Positions 1 to 8,707 of a stretch of DNA of 64,000 nt are shown in pieces. A program made the position numbers and the translations under genes. Source of the stretch: an uncultured Pirellula sp. Lineage in GTDB: Bacteria; Planctomycetota; Planctomycetia; Pirellulales; Pirellulaceae. The notes under the pieces are model-generated. The model was not told the origin of the DNA and did not search any database. It saw only the letters and a program-made list of their open reading frames with translations. The stretch covers positions 46 through 64,045 of the forward strand of contig CAYMXM010000001.1 of the NCBI GenBank assembly GCA_964394065.1, read 5' to 3'. Every line of letters starts with the position of its first letter. The stretch's first letter is position 1.

Positions 1-155
1 GTAAGCGAGGAATAGCGCTGGCAACCAGACATCCACCCAAGTTCTCACAGCACGCCCTTCGTGCCTCAGGGGCGTGCCACCCGGCGCCTTAGATGTTCCG
101 GCAAGGGCTACGTTCATTCGCGACGCTATCCCTCGCTAACGCGTCGGGTTGTGAT
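1..155. repeat. MITE/REP-like palindromic element family B (cut by window start)
   Basis: Ends in ...CCCTCGCTAACGCGTCGGGTTGTGAT and shares the internal CCTCAGG/GCACGAAGGGCGTGCTG block with the copies at 46682, 48864, 51203 and 57877. Confidence 0.8.
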
Positions 156-243
156 GGCAGGACGCGAAGCGTCCTACCACTTAACGCCGATGCGTCAGGC
201 CACGGTGAGGAAATGATAAATTCATCTACCCCTCCCCCTTAAA

Positions 244-1851
244 CTATTGATCTTTGATCTTCGCGAGGCGATTTTGGGCTCGCTCGACCTGGGAAACCAT
301 TTCCTTGTTGCCATCGTACAAGCTGACGATTCCTTCCCACGTCTGCTTGGCGCTCAACACATCCCCCTGGCCATACTTGCGGTCCGCTTCATCGAGTTTC
401 TCTTGGAGGAAACGTCGCAGCTCGTCGGTGTCCGGAGGATTGTCTTCAATCTTCTGGATCTGCCGCCTTGCCAAATTGACAAAAGGGCGTTCACTCTCTT
501 CATCCCGAAGAAGATGGATGATCGCTCGGTATTTGTCGAGCGCGGTGACGCGGTCTCCAAACTGTTCGAATCGATTCGCTTCCGTAAAACGTCTCTCCCC
601 TTCGCTCGAAGGCTCCCGACCGAAACGACGGTTGCTCTGCATTCGCTGCTCCGCATTGACCATCTCGATCTCGATCAACCTCTCTTCCGCCCACTGAGCT
701 GAAGAACTTTGTGGGAAGCGTTCCAAGAGGGGTATCAGATACCGATCTCTCGCTTCGTTCAGCGAACCGACATCCCCCTGGGCTATAAAGATCTCGGCCC
801 GACTTCGAAGAGTTTTCTCACTGAGAGGCATGAGCAAGTACCCGATGACTCCGACGATGGCGAGAAGCAATCCAAACAACACGGCAGGACGTTCCAGCAG
901 AGTCGGAGAATCGTCGACTCCATCCTCACCACGCTTTCGTTTCGACTTTTTTGGTTTTCGTCCGAGCGCTTTTTCGGCCTCCTCTTTATCAGCCTTCATC
1001 TGCAATGGGCTAAATCCCGAAACCGCGTGCTGCACGACAGCGACGCCAGATGTAGCTCGCTTCTGCGCTTCGCGGAGTGCCATCGAAGTTGCCACCGCCG
1101 AATAGGGACGCTTCAAAGGATCCCGGTTCATCAAATGCTCGACGATGGCGCTCAACCAAACGGGGCAATCGAAGACCAGCGTCGCGACCGGAGGGACGTT
1201 TCCACTGAGGACAGCCTCCCGGACCATCCCTGCGTTGCCACCTGCAAAGGGAGCTTGGCCCGTCAATGCATGATAGAGAGTTGCTCCGAGACCATAGAGA
1301 TCGGAGGCAACGGTGTTCTTCTGCGTTTCGATCTGTTCGGGGGCTTGATAAACAAGCTCAAGTGGTTGAGGTGGCGTAGGAGCTCTTGGACCTGGCCATA
1401 CCTCGTTGAGTTTCGCAACCTCTCCTCCTAGAGTTAGTAGAACTTTATCGGGTCGAACACGTCCGTGCACCCATCCTGATTCGTGCGCTTTGTGCAACGC
1501 ATCGCAGAGTTGCAATCCATAGTCGAGAACGGTCTCCCAAGGCAACCGTTCACGTCGATCCAACAACACATCCAGAGACTCTCCCTCGACGAGCTCGTAA
1601 ACTAAATAGGCATCTTTCGCATCGAATCCTCCGCCGTAACAGCGAACAATTCCCGGATGCTTGAGGGTTTTGATCCGCTCCAGGCTACCTGCAAATTCTT
1701 GCTTCCCTTCGGGAGTCATTCCCATCGGCATCGAAAAAACGCGTACGGCAACTTGAGAACGTTGCTGAACGTGGATGGCCCGGAACAATTTCGAACCCGA
1801 TCCACCTAAAGGGGCTTCCAGGGCTAACGGGCCGATGCGTGAGCGGGTCAC
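244..1851 (-). CDS. Membrane-anchored Ser/Thr kinase-like protein, probably a pseudokinase
   Basis: Kinase-fold motifs LKHPGIV, YQAPEQ and SDLYGLG, then a TM helix (AVLFGLLLAIVGVIGYLLM) and a helical C-terminal region. Catalytic motifs are degenerate: VAVR, HGRVRPDK, no DFG. Confidence 0.85.
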   Translation of the reverse strand: MTRSRIGPLALEAPLGGSGSKLFRAIHVQQRSQVAVRVFSMPMGMTPEGKQEFAGSLERIKTLKHPGIVRCYGGGFDAKDAYLVYELVEGESLDVLLDRRERLPWETVLDYGLQLCDALHKAHESGWVHGRVRPDKVLLTLGGEVAKLNEVWPGPRAPTPPQPLELVYQAPEQIETQKNTVASDLYGLGATLYHALTGQAPFAGGNAGMVREAVLSGNVPPVATLVFDCPVWLSAIVEHLMNRDPLKRPYSAVATSMALREAQKRATSGVAVVQHAVSGFSPLQMKADKEEAEKALGRKPKKSKRKRGEDGVDDSPTLLERPAVLFGLLLAIVGVIGYLLMPLSEKTLRSRAEIFIAQGDVGSLNEARDRYLIPLLERFPQSSSAQWAEERLIEIEMVNAEQRMQSNRRFGREPSSEGERRFTEANRFEQFGDRVTALDKYRAIIHLLRDEESERPFVNLARRQIQKIEDNPPDTDELRRFLQEKLDEADRKYGQGDVLSAKQTWEGIVSLYDGNKEMVSQVERAQNRLAKIKDQ

Positions 1852-1852
1852 G

Positions 1853-2812
1853 TCAGTCTCCTCCCGTGGATTGGCCAGCGAACTTCAGTCCGTTGATCAC
1901 ACAATCCCGAACCGCATCCGCGTCCACCTTGGTGACGATCTCGATACCGGGTCGATTGGTTGCAAAAGGGCGGCGGTCAACGATCGTAGCCCCCCGAGTG
2001 AGCTCTCCAACCTCTTCGACCTCGATCGACAGCTCATCGGAACCGAAGAGCATCGGCTCGACCAGGTAAGCGACTCCGATCACGGCATTGAGATTGATCG
2101 TTTCCTGAGCACGCTTCTGACGATAGCTTCGGAACAAATGGAGAACGATCGGATGGAGAATCCCTCCTGCCCGGGTATCTTTCGACGGCAAACATTCTAG
2201 AAGGTTGAAATCGAACGCCACTTGGTTCGTGACATCGAGAGGAATGAGAGCCTTGGTTGTCGGAGACCGAAGAACGCTCGTCGCAGCGGAGGGATCGAAG
2301 TGCATGTTGAACTCCGCCGACGGAGTCACATCGCCGATGCCATGGGTCGCTCCTCCCACCATGACGATCTTGTCGACCTGTTCGGTGATAGAGGGGTCGC
2401 GTTGGAACGCTCTGGCGAGGCCGGTCAACGGACCCAAGCACAAAACGGTCACCTTTTCTGAATCGGCTTTGATGCGATCGGCGATCAGCTTTTCGCTAGG
2501 CATCAGATGGTGGCGTTGCACCGGGGGGAAGCCAAGATTCCCCAACCCATCCTCCCCGTGCAAAAAGCGTCCATCGGAAACCGGGGCATCGTCGGGGTCG
2601 GTACCAGCACCGACGCGCGGAAGACGAGGTGGGTCGAGTTTTTCAAGAAGCCCAAGGACGTTTTGGGTGCATCGGTCCGACTCGACCGTTCCCGCACAAG
2701 TCGTGATCGCTACGATTTCTAGGCGTGGGTCGAAGAGAGCCATGATCAACGCGATCGCATCGTCGATCCCGGGGTCACAATCGATAATTACTTTCTTCGG
2801 CATGCTAGACAA
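1853..2812 (-). CDS. Inosine/uridine-preferring nucleoside hydrolase family protein
   Basis: N-terminal DCDPGIDDA, HGEDGLG and AEFNMHFDP motifs. Confidence 0.9.
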   Translation of the reverse strand: MSSMPKKVIIDCDPGIDDAIALIMALFDPRLEIVAITTCAGTVESDRCTQNVLGLLEKLDPPRLPRVGAGTDPDDAPVSDGRFLHGEDGLGNLGFPPVQRHHLMPSEKLIADRIKADSEKVTVLCLGPLTGLARAFQRDPSITEQVDKIVMVGGATHGIGDVTPSAEFNMHFDPSAATSVLRSPTTKALIPLDVTNQVAFDFNLLECLPSKDTRAGGILHPIVLHLFRSYRQKRAQETINLNAVIGVAYLVEPMLFGSDELSIEVEEVGELTRGATIVDRRPFATNRPGIEIVTKVDADAVRDCVINGLKFAGQSTGGD

Positions 2813-2913
2813 AAACCGTTCGAGGAATTCAACTCGTATCCACTACGCAACTCTAATGTTGTACGTAACTTAGCCGTCTGTTACCAGTCGATAACCCCAG
2901 TTGCACTCCACCA

Positions 2914-3930
2914 ATGCTTGAAGATTACCTAGAAGTTGTTCAACAAAAGTCTGATCTGACTGCCGACCAGATGCAACAAGCAATCACCTGGATGCTGGCG
3001 GGGCGGGTCGAAAACGAACAGATCGGAGCCCTTTTACTCGCTTTGCGTGACAAAGGAGAAGCGGTTAGCGAGCTGGTCGGGGCGGCCCGCGCGATGCGAA
3101 CGATGATGACACCAATCCGGACCAAGCGTTCGAATTTGATCGATACTTGCGGAACGGGTGGAGACGGTGCGAGAACGTTCAACATATCGACCGCAACCGC
3201 GATCGTGGCGGCAGCGGCTGGGGCGCCGATCGCCAAACATGGGAACCGGAAGATCACCAGCGCCACCGGCTCAGCCGATGTGCTGAGTGAACTCGGGGTC
3301 GATATCGAAGCCCCGCGCGAACGTGTAGAACATTGCCTCGACATGTTGGGATTGTGCTTTTGCTTTGCTCCCAAGCTTCATCCCGCAATGAAGCATGTCG
3401 GTGAAGTCCGGAGATCCCTTGGCGTACCAACTCTCTTCAACTACCTGGGGCCTCTTTGCAATCCAGCAAGTGCTCGGTTCCAAATCATCGGCGTCGGAAA
3501 AGAAGAGTTGCAAACCAAAATCGCAGCAGCTCTCCTGCAGCTCCCCCTGGAAGCAGCCGTCGTCGTCCGGGGAGAGGATGGGATGGATGAAGTCACCTTG
3601 TCAGCGCCGACTCAGGTGCATCATATTGCTCACGGAATGCTGACGCAGACAACCTGGACCCCCGCCTCCTTCGGACTCTCCCCGATCCGCGTTGAAGATT
3701 TGATCGTCGACGGCCCGGTCGAAAGTGCGAAAGCGATTCGAAGCATCCTCTCTGGAGAGCGAGGACCGATGCGAGATATTGTTTTGGCAAACTCCGCTGC
3801 TACGCTATGGGTCGCAGGACTAACCCATTCCCTCCCCGATGGAGTGGCAAGATCCGCGAAAGGAATCGACTCCGGCAAAGCCGCAGAACTGCTGGAGCAA
3901 CTAGGTAAAGCGAGCAGAGAGCAGGAGTGA
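2914..3930 (+). CDS. trpD: Anthranilate phosphoribosyltransferase
   Basis: DTCGTGGDG, FNIST, AKHGNR and GEDGMDE motifs. Confidence 0.97.
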   Translation: MLEDYLEVVQQKSDLTADQMQQAITWMLAGRVENEQIGALLLALRDKGEAVSELVGAARAMRTMMTPIRTKRSNLIDTCGTGGDGARTFNISTATAIVAAAAGAPIAKHGNRKITSATGSADVLSELGVDIEAPRERVEHCLDMLGLCFCFAPKLHPAMKHVGEVRRSLGVPTLFNYLGPLCNPASARFQIIGVGKEELQTKIAAALLQLPLEAAVVVRGEDGMDEVTLSAPTQVHHIAHGMLTQTTWTPASFGLSPIRVEDLIVDGPVESAKAIRSILSGERGPMRDIVLANSAATLWVAGLTHSLPDGVARSAKGIDSGKAAELLEQLGKASREQE

Positions 3931-3967
3931 AGTGTGAAGAAGAGGGCTTCGCCTCTTAATGTTTCCG

Positions 3968-4010
3968 CTCCCCTCGCCCCTTTTAGGGGAGAGGGGCTGG
4001 GGGTGAGGGG
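3968..4010. repeat. REP-like palindrome family A
   Basis: CTCCCCTCGCCCCTTTTAGGGGAGAGGGGCTGGGGGTGAGGGG; the same sequence occurs at 60951-60993 and an inverted variant at 45886-45923. Confidence 0.85.
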
Positions 4011-4192
4011 TTAGAAGTGTTAGTAACTGTCCTTAAATAATTCCCGATCTTGAGCAGGTTCGTAGTCGTAGGGTGTGTGAAGTGGTCGCTCTTTCCATCT
4101 TAGATCGAGATAGCACGTCAATCCTTGTTTCTATTGCAATCACCTTCCCCCTCAAAGCGACGACGTAACACACCGGAAGTGTAGTTGGCACC

Positions 4193-4321
4193 ATGTCCCC
4201 CTTCGAAACCGTACACGCAACACAAGCATACCGAGCATGGTGCGAAGATCGGGTCGCTGTCTTTACGCAGCCTTCGAGAACTGTCCTTGTTGTCGCAGAT
4301 GGCGCTGGGGGTGAGGGGTAG
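4193..4321 (+). pseudogene. 5' fragment of a PP2C/SpoIIE-like phosphatase gene
   Basis: Translates as MSPFETVHATQAYRAWCEDRVAVFTQPSRTVLVVADGAGGEG*, with the PP2C EDR and VADGxGG motifs. It stops inside the REP-A tail sequence. Confidence 0.6.
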
Positions 4322-4388
4322 AAGTGTTAGAAACATCGGCTACGTTGGCGGGGGCTGGCACCCAAGAGCGCTGCCCGTACACTGAACT

Positions 4389-4829
4389 TTGGGAGCCGCC
4401 TCGTGGATGACGAAGTCATGTGTTGGCTCTTTCGCAACAGGTTCTGCTAAGGGAGATAGTAGCTTGAATCCACAAAGAAATATTGGCGATAAATGCATCG
4501 CATGGAAAACCAAACGGGGTGTCGGCTTAGAGCTTTATGGTTTGGATGATCCGCTTCAGATTCTGAAAGACATCAGCGCGAAACAGGAGATTCGGTGGTT
4601 TAGTATTTGCGGTGACGATTTAAATGAATCCCTAGTGGAATTCGTTTTACAAATGGGGACACTCGAGTCACTGCATATCGTGGAGTCTACCCCATCCGCC
4701 CAAATGTTTCATATGTTACTCCAGTCGTCGATTGTTGAGGTCACATCTAGCAATAGTGAGATTGTTGAATGGATGCGAAGCGAGGCGATGAAGGTGGGTT
4801 CAACGGTCAACGTGCAAAGATCACTTTGA
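4389..4829 (+). CDS. Hypothetical protein
   Basis: 146-aa ORF in an AT-richer patch; start codon uncertain; no motif recognised. Confidence 0.4.
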   Translation: MGAASWMTKSCVGSFATGSAKGDSSLNPQRNIGDKCIAWKTKRGVGLELYGLDDPLQILKDISAKQEIRWFSICGDDLNESLVEFVLQMGTLESLHIVESTPSAQMFHMLLQSSIVEVTSSNSEIVEWMRSEAMKVGSTVNVQRSL

Positions 4830-4958
4830 TCAAAGGGGGCCGGTCGCTTAGATTTGTAAACTAGCTGGCGGATTCGAAATCATTCGAACACCGGCGTCAT
4901 GCTTCCAAAAGCCTCGGGGGTTTGGGGGATGGCCTTGCCTTTCTAGATTGGATCCTCA

Positions 4959-5519
4959 ATGACCCCAGAAAAAAACGCTGAAGAATTATTTGAATCGGGA
5001 AGATTGCTAGCCGTTTTAGATCTATATAGGGCTACGAAAACCGAAGATTTATCTCCATTAGACAACTTCCGCATTGGAGACGCGCTACGGCAAATCGGAA
5101 GGCTTCAGGAATCGATACGAGTTCTCAGGCATGTTGCTGAAGGAGAGTCAGGGCCTGCGTTTGATGCCTCTGTCTCGCTAAGCTTGGCCTTAAAAGAGTC
5201 TGGGGATTTCGAAGGTGCCGCGAGAACACTTGATAGATTGCTTAGCACTAAAAAGTCTGTTCCAGGTTGGCTTTGGGTTATCAGGGCTAGTCTCGCTGCC
5301 CGTTTGGAAGAAGTCGAAGACGCTTTGCAGTTTCTGGATTACGCAAGTGAGAGCTCGGATGTTGATTTAGATGAAGTCTATCTCAACAAAGCAATGTTTT
5401 ACCGCTATCTCTTTAATGAAAAACTGGCTCGAGAGTGTGCTGAAAAAATTATTTCCATGGGTAGCAGTCTTTCAAGGGACGCACAGGAAATTATTGATTC
5501 CTTATCCGTTAGGACCTGA
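4959..5519 (+). CDS. TPR-like repeat protein
   Basis: Helical repeats with TPR-like spacing (IGDALRQIGRLQESIRVL, LSLALKESGDFEGAARTL, YLNKAMFYRYL). Confidence 0.7.
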   Translation: MTPEKNAEELFESGRLLAVLDLYRATKTEDLSPLDNFRIGDALRQIGRLQESIRVLRHVAEGESGPAFDASVSLSLALKESGDFEGAARTLDRLLSTKKSVPGWLWVIRASLAARLEEVEDALQFLDYASESSDVDLDEVYLNKAMFYRYLFNEKLARECAEKIISMGSSLSRDAQEIIDSLSVRT

Positions 5520-5824
5520 AATTCTTTCTCCCCAAATCTGAAAACCCTTCCGACTACATCGGATCCATCCGGTTTGACGGAGATGATTTCCAAAGCTCAA
5601 CTTGCACAAGCAAGGGTGGCACGCTCAGAGCGGAGCGATGGGCGTGGAGAACTGCTAGAAAAAAGGGCCAAGCTGGCAACTCCCAACTGGAACGGATGGC
5701 GCTTCTGCGATCCCTCCGGGATATCGGTTTCTCTGCGCCCTTGCGTCTCACCGGCTCTGCGTTGTTTTCCTCCGGTGACGGTTTCGTTGAGGAGAGAGGA
5801 GAAGGGCGAGATCGTAGGTTTTCT

Positions 5825-5876
5825 AAGTGGTCAGGGCCGGGATCGAACCGGCGACACATGGATTTTCAGTCCATTG
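5825..5876. repeat. Prophage att direct repeat, left copy (duplicated 3' part of tRNA-Phe)
   Basis: 52 bp AAGTGGTCAGGGCCGGGATCGAACCGGCGACACATGGATTTTCAGTCCATTG, identical to 42044-42095. Confidence 0.97.
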
Positions 5877-5957
5877 ATCAGGCGGTCAGCTTCTTCCGTT
5901 TTCAAAAGCGCGAACTAACCTGAAGGGAGACCACGTACTCTCAGAGGGGATTTTGCG

Positions 5958-6836
5958 ATGTTTCTGGCGACCGTAGTCGACCAGATCGAGACGGAATGCG
6001 ATTTGGATTACACCACGATTGGACTCTATGATCGGGCAGTGAGGAAGTTTTCGGAGTTCATAGGAAAGCCCGCAGAAGATGTAGATCTGGAGCGAGAAAG
6101 CCTGAACAAGTTCATCCAGCACATCCAGTCGTCTAGATCCAACACGACGGCATCGAACTATCGCCGTGGCCTATGTCGAGTCTGGAATTACCTCACCGAA
6201 TTTCACGACAAACCTGCCTACGAAATCCGTAGATTGCGTCGTCCGAAATCAGAAGACACGCCAGTGATTGCATGGTCGACGCAAGACGTATCTGCTATTC
6301 TCAACGCATCAAAAACGCTGGTTGGAACCCTCAAAATCGGCGTCGAGGCTAGCAGCTTCTTTCACGCGATGATTTGGGTCGCGTACGATACCGGCTTAAG
6401 ACCGAGCGATATCTTCCGAATCACCTGGGAGCAAGTGAGCCTACCCCAAAGGTGTATAACGCTTGTCCAAAACAAGACAGGCAAGCCGCATGTCGTTTTC
6501 ATGCGTGATGCAACGATCGCGGCACTTTCGGATATCAGACTTCCGAGCAGAGAGCGGGTGTTTCCCGTAACGTGGGGCTGCACGCGTCGGTGGATGGAAA
6601 AGATCTTCACGTCAGCGGCAGAATATGGGTTCGTTCGAGTTGCGGGGAAAAATCTTGGTACACTTAGAAAGTCGAATGCGACTCAAGTTTACATTGAGCA
6701 CGGAGAGTCGGCAGCAGCGGAATCCCTCGGTCACACAAGCGGTACCAGGATCGTGCGAAAGCACTACATAGACCATCGCGCTCTTCGCAAGTACTCCGTA
6801 CCAACGAATCCACATGACAACCAAAAAAGAGATTGA
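5958..6836 (+). CDS. int: Tyrosine recombinase/integrase 1 (att-proximal)
   Basis: YDTGLRPSD (Arg I), GTLRKS (Arg II), LGHTS and KHY (Tyr); AGAGGGGA RBS; adjacent to att. Confidence 0.9.
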   Translation: MFLATVVDQIETECDLDYTTIGLYDRAVRKFSEFIGKPAEDVDLERESLNKFIQHIQSSRSNTTASNYRRGLCRVWNYLTEFHDKPAYEIRRLRRPKSEDTPVIAWSTQDVSAILNASKTLVGTLKIGVEASSFFHAMIWVAYDTGLRPSDIFRITWEQVSLPQRCITLVQNKTGKPHVVFMRDATIAALSDIRLPSRERVFPVTWGCTRRWMEKIFTSAAEYGFVRVAGKNLGTLRKSNATQVYIEHGESAAAESLGHTSGTRIVRKHYIDHRALRKYSVPTNPHDNQKRD

Positions 6837-7029
6837 GGAAGCCGTCCAAAGAGAAAGAGACCGATGTGCCGGTCTTATGGACGCTTATCGCCAAGATTTT
6901 GAAAATTCGCCGGATGAGATGATGGCATCTCTTTGGTGTCGGATCCGAAACCAAATCACACTCGGCGTCGATCCAGAGAATTCCGACTTCGGCTCTCAGT
7001 TCAGTGATGAAGATGACGAACATGTCTAA
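6814..7029 (+). CDS. Small acidic hypothetical phage protein
   Basis: 71-aa ORF overlapping the int stop and followed by a terminator. Confidence 0.6.
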   Translation: MTTKKEIEEAVQRERDRCAGLMDAYRQDFENSPDEMMASLWCRIRNQITLGVDPENSDFGSQFSDEDDEHV

Positions 7030-7037
7030 TCGACGTT

Positions 7038-7067
7038 GAGGCGTTGGGATCCCCCAACGTCTCTTTT
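7038..7067 (+). terminator. Intrinsic terminator of the int transcript
   Basis: GAGGCGTTGGG-ATCC-CCCAACGTCTC-TTTT. Confidence 0.7.
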
Positions 7068-7516
7068 CATTTCCGCGGAAACGCTTCTGCGTTGCCCGCT
7101 TGAGCTGACCAAAACTCGCGGGCTGCGTCCAACGTCAGATCCTTGTGCCCGAGCTTATGATTCACCGCGGATTTCAGCTTCCACTTCCATTCGAGCCGTA
7201 GGGGAAAGTCGGGGGGATTTGTGATCTTCCAATCGCGATAGAAGCGCTTGCAGGAACAGCCGTAGGAAGGAATCTTTTTCTCCCAATCGGTTAGCTGCTC
7301 CTCCGATTCGACCTCTAGGAATAGTTCTCGCCAAAGCCGCTTTCCGGCCTTCGTGAGACGGACCTTTTGCTTTCGGGCTTTGCGATTCTGTTGCTTCGTG
7401 GTTCGAATGAATCGCGAGCCAATCTCGGCAACGCTTTCCGGTTGCCAGTTCGGATTTGGTGCCTCACCGTCGATCAGTGCTTTGAGTTGCCAGTCAGGCA
7501 TTTGCGAGAAGAGCAT
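7067..7516 (-). CDS. ERV/ALR sulfhydryl-oxidase-like protein (divergent)
   Basis: GKRLWRELF...IPSYGCSCKRFY...NPPDF...WKWKLKSAVNHKLGH...TLDAAREFW parallels the ERV1 pattern G..W..LH...PC..C..HF...PP...W....HN.VN..LGK. The ATG directly follows the upstream stop, with a GAGGAGG RBS. Confidence 0.55.
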   Translation of the reverse strand: MLFSQMPDWQLKALIDGEAPNPNWQPESVAEIGSRFIRTTKQQNRKARKQKVRLTKAGKRLWRELFLEVESEEQLTDWEKKIPSYGCSCKRFYRDWKITNPPDFPLRLEWKWKLKSAVNHKLGHKDLTLDAAREFWSAQAGNAEAFPRK

Positions 7517-8707
7517 CTATTCCTCCTCGCACAGCGTTAGGGAGATTGCATAGGGGATTGTTTTATTCTTGCCTGGAATGGTCGTGCAGCCATCACAAAC
7601 AACCTCTTCTGCAAGCCATACCGTTTCATCCGATGTTGGGCCATCTATGCGGTGCAGAGTTGCCGAACAAGGCAGGTCGTCGCAGTCAAAACATTCGCTT
7701 TCCCAAGTCGCTTCGATCGCAGTCGTACCTGCTCCAAATTCACAATCCTCCGTGCCGATCGTCGCTATGCCAGCGCCGCAGCCTCGAGTACCTGAGTAAA
7801 CAGCTATCTCAGTGGAGCCTGTGATTTTCGCCAAATCACAATCTACACCACCTGTCTGAATAGGACCGCCTACGTTATCTCTGAACACCTCCCAGTGCAG
7901 CGTAACTGATTGAGTTACTGCTTCGGGTGGACCGCAATCGCTCTCCGAGTCGAGTTCGCAATCCGTGAATTCCTCATCGATTTCTGAATCTGACCAGTCA
8001 CAAGGCTTGCAGGGAGGATGTGTTGTCGTCGTAGCTGGTTCAACCCAATCTCCATAGATATAGGTTGGCAGCGTCCCGCCGGAAGGTGATTCCCAGTTGC
8101 AGACGACAGTGACCTCGCGATAGCGGCGAAACACTGCTGATTGAGTCGCACCGAATCGCGTTAAACTGTATCGAGCTGCGACGCGAAACTTTACCTTGCC
8201 ATCATCGCAGCAGATGATAGCCGCAGAACTATGCCACCGTTCCTGCTGCCAAACTCTCCAATGATCAACGCCCCTAAAGGAGGATTCATACACCGTTGTC
8301 GATTGCTCGCCGCAGGGAGTATCTACCGGCCCCTCTTCGTCGGACAGGTAGCAAATGCATTGCATGCAGAGAAATGCCCAAGACTTCACGTTGACGTCAC
8401 CAGTGCAGCCGTAACCTGGAGGACACGGAATGATCATATTGATTCCCTCTGGGCTCGACCACGCGCCAGCCACGATACAGTCCGCGATTATCTCTTCGGG
8501 TTCGATCTCGCAAAACGAGGAAAGGCGGCTATCGCACTCTTCAGGGGGAATCGGATCGGGAGCTTCGGGGAATGCCCCCGACATTTCTTTGCCAAATAGA
8601 GAAACCGACCAGCCAGAAATCTCCCAAGCGGGTTCGCACAAACAGCACTCGGCTGGAGGGGGAGGATCGGAGCTGCAGCATCTTTTGCAAGGATAGCCCG
8701 GCATCAC
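7517..8707 (-). CDS. Cysteine-rich acidic tail-end protein (candidate receptor-binding protein)
   Basis: 396 aa with 31 Cys (counted) and no signal peptide; last large gene of the tail module. Confidence 0.75.
   Translation of the reverse strand: MMPGYPCKRCCSSDPPPPAECCLCEPAWEISGWSVSLFGKEMSGAFPEAPDPIPPEECDSRLSSFCEIEPEEIIADCIVAGAWSSPEGINMIIPCPPGYGCTGDVNVKSWAFLCMQCICYLSDEEGPVDTPCGEQSTTVYESSFRGVDHWRVWQQERWHSSAAIICCDDGKVKFRVAARYSLTRFGATQSAVFRRYREVTVVCNWESPSGGTLPTYIYGDWVEPATTTTHPPCKPCDWSDSEIDEEFTDCELDSESDCGPPEAVTQSVTLHWEVFRDNVGGPIQTGGVDCDLAKITGSTEIAVYSGTRGCGAGIATIGTEDCEFGAGTTAIEATWESECFDCDDLPCSATLHRIDGPTSDETVWLAEEVVCDGCTTIPGKNKTIPYAISLTLCEEE

Noticed and set aside
4830-4958. GATTCGAA-containing stretch as a further tRNA fragment or older att site
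   Set aside because: No extended match to tRNA-Phe and no cloverleaf.
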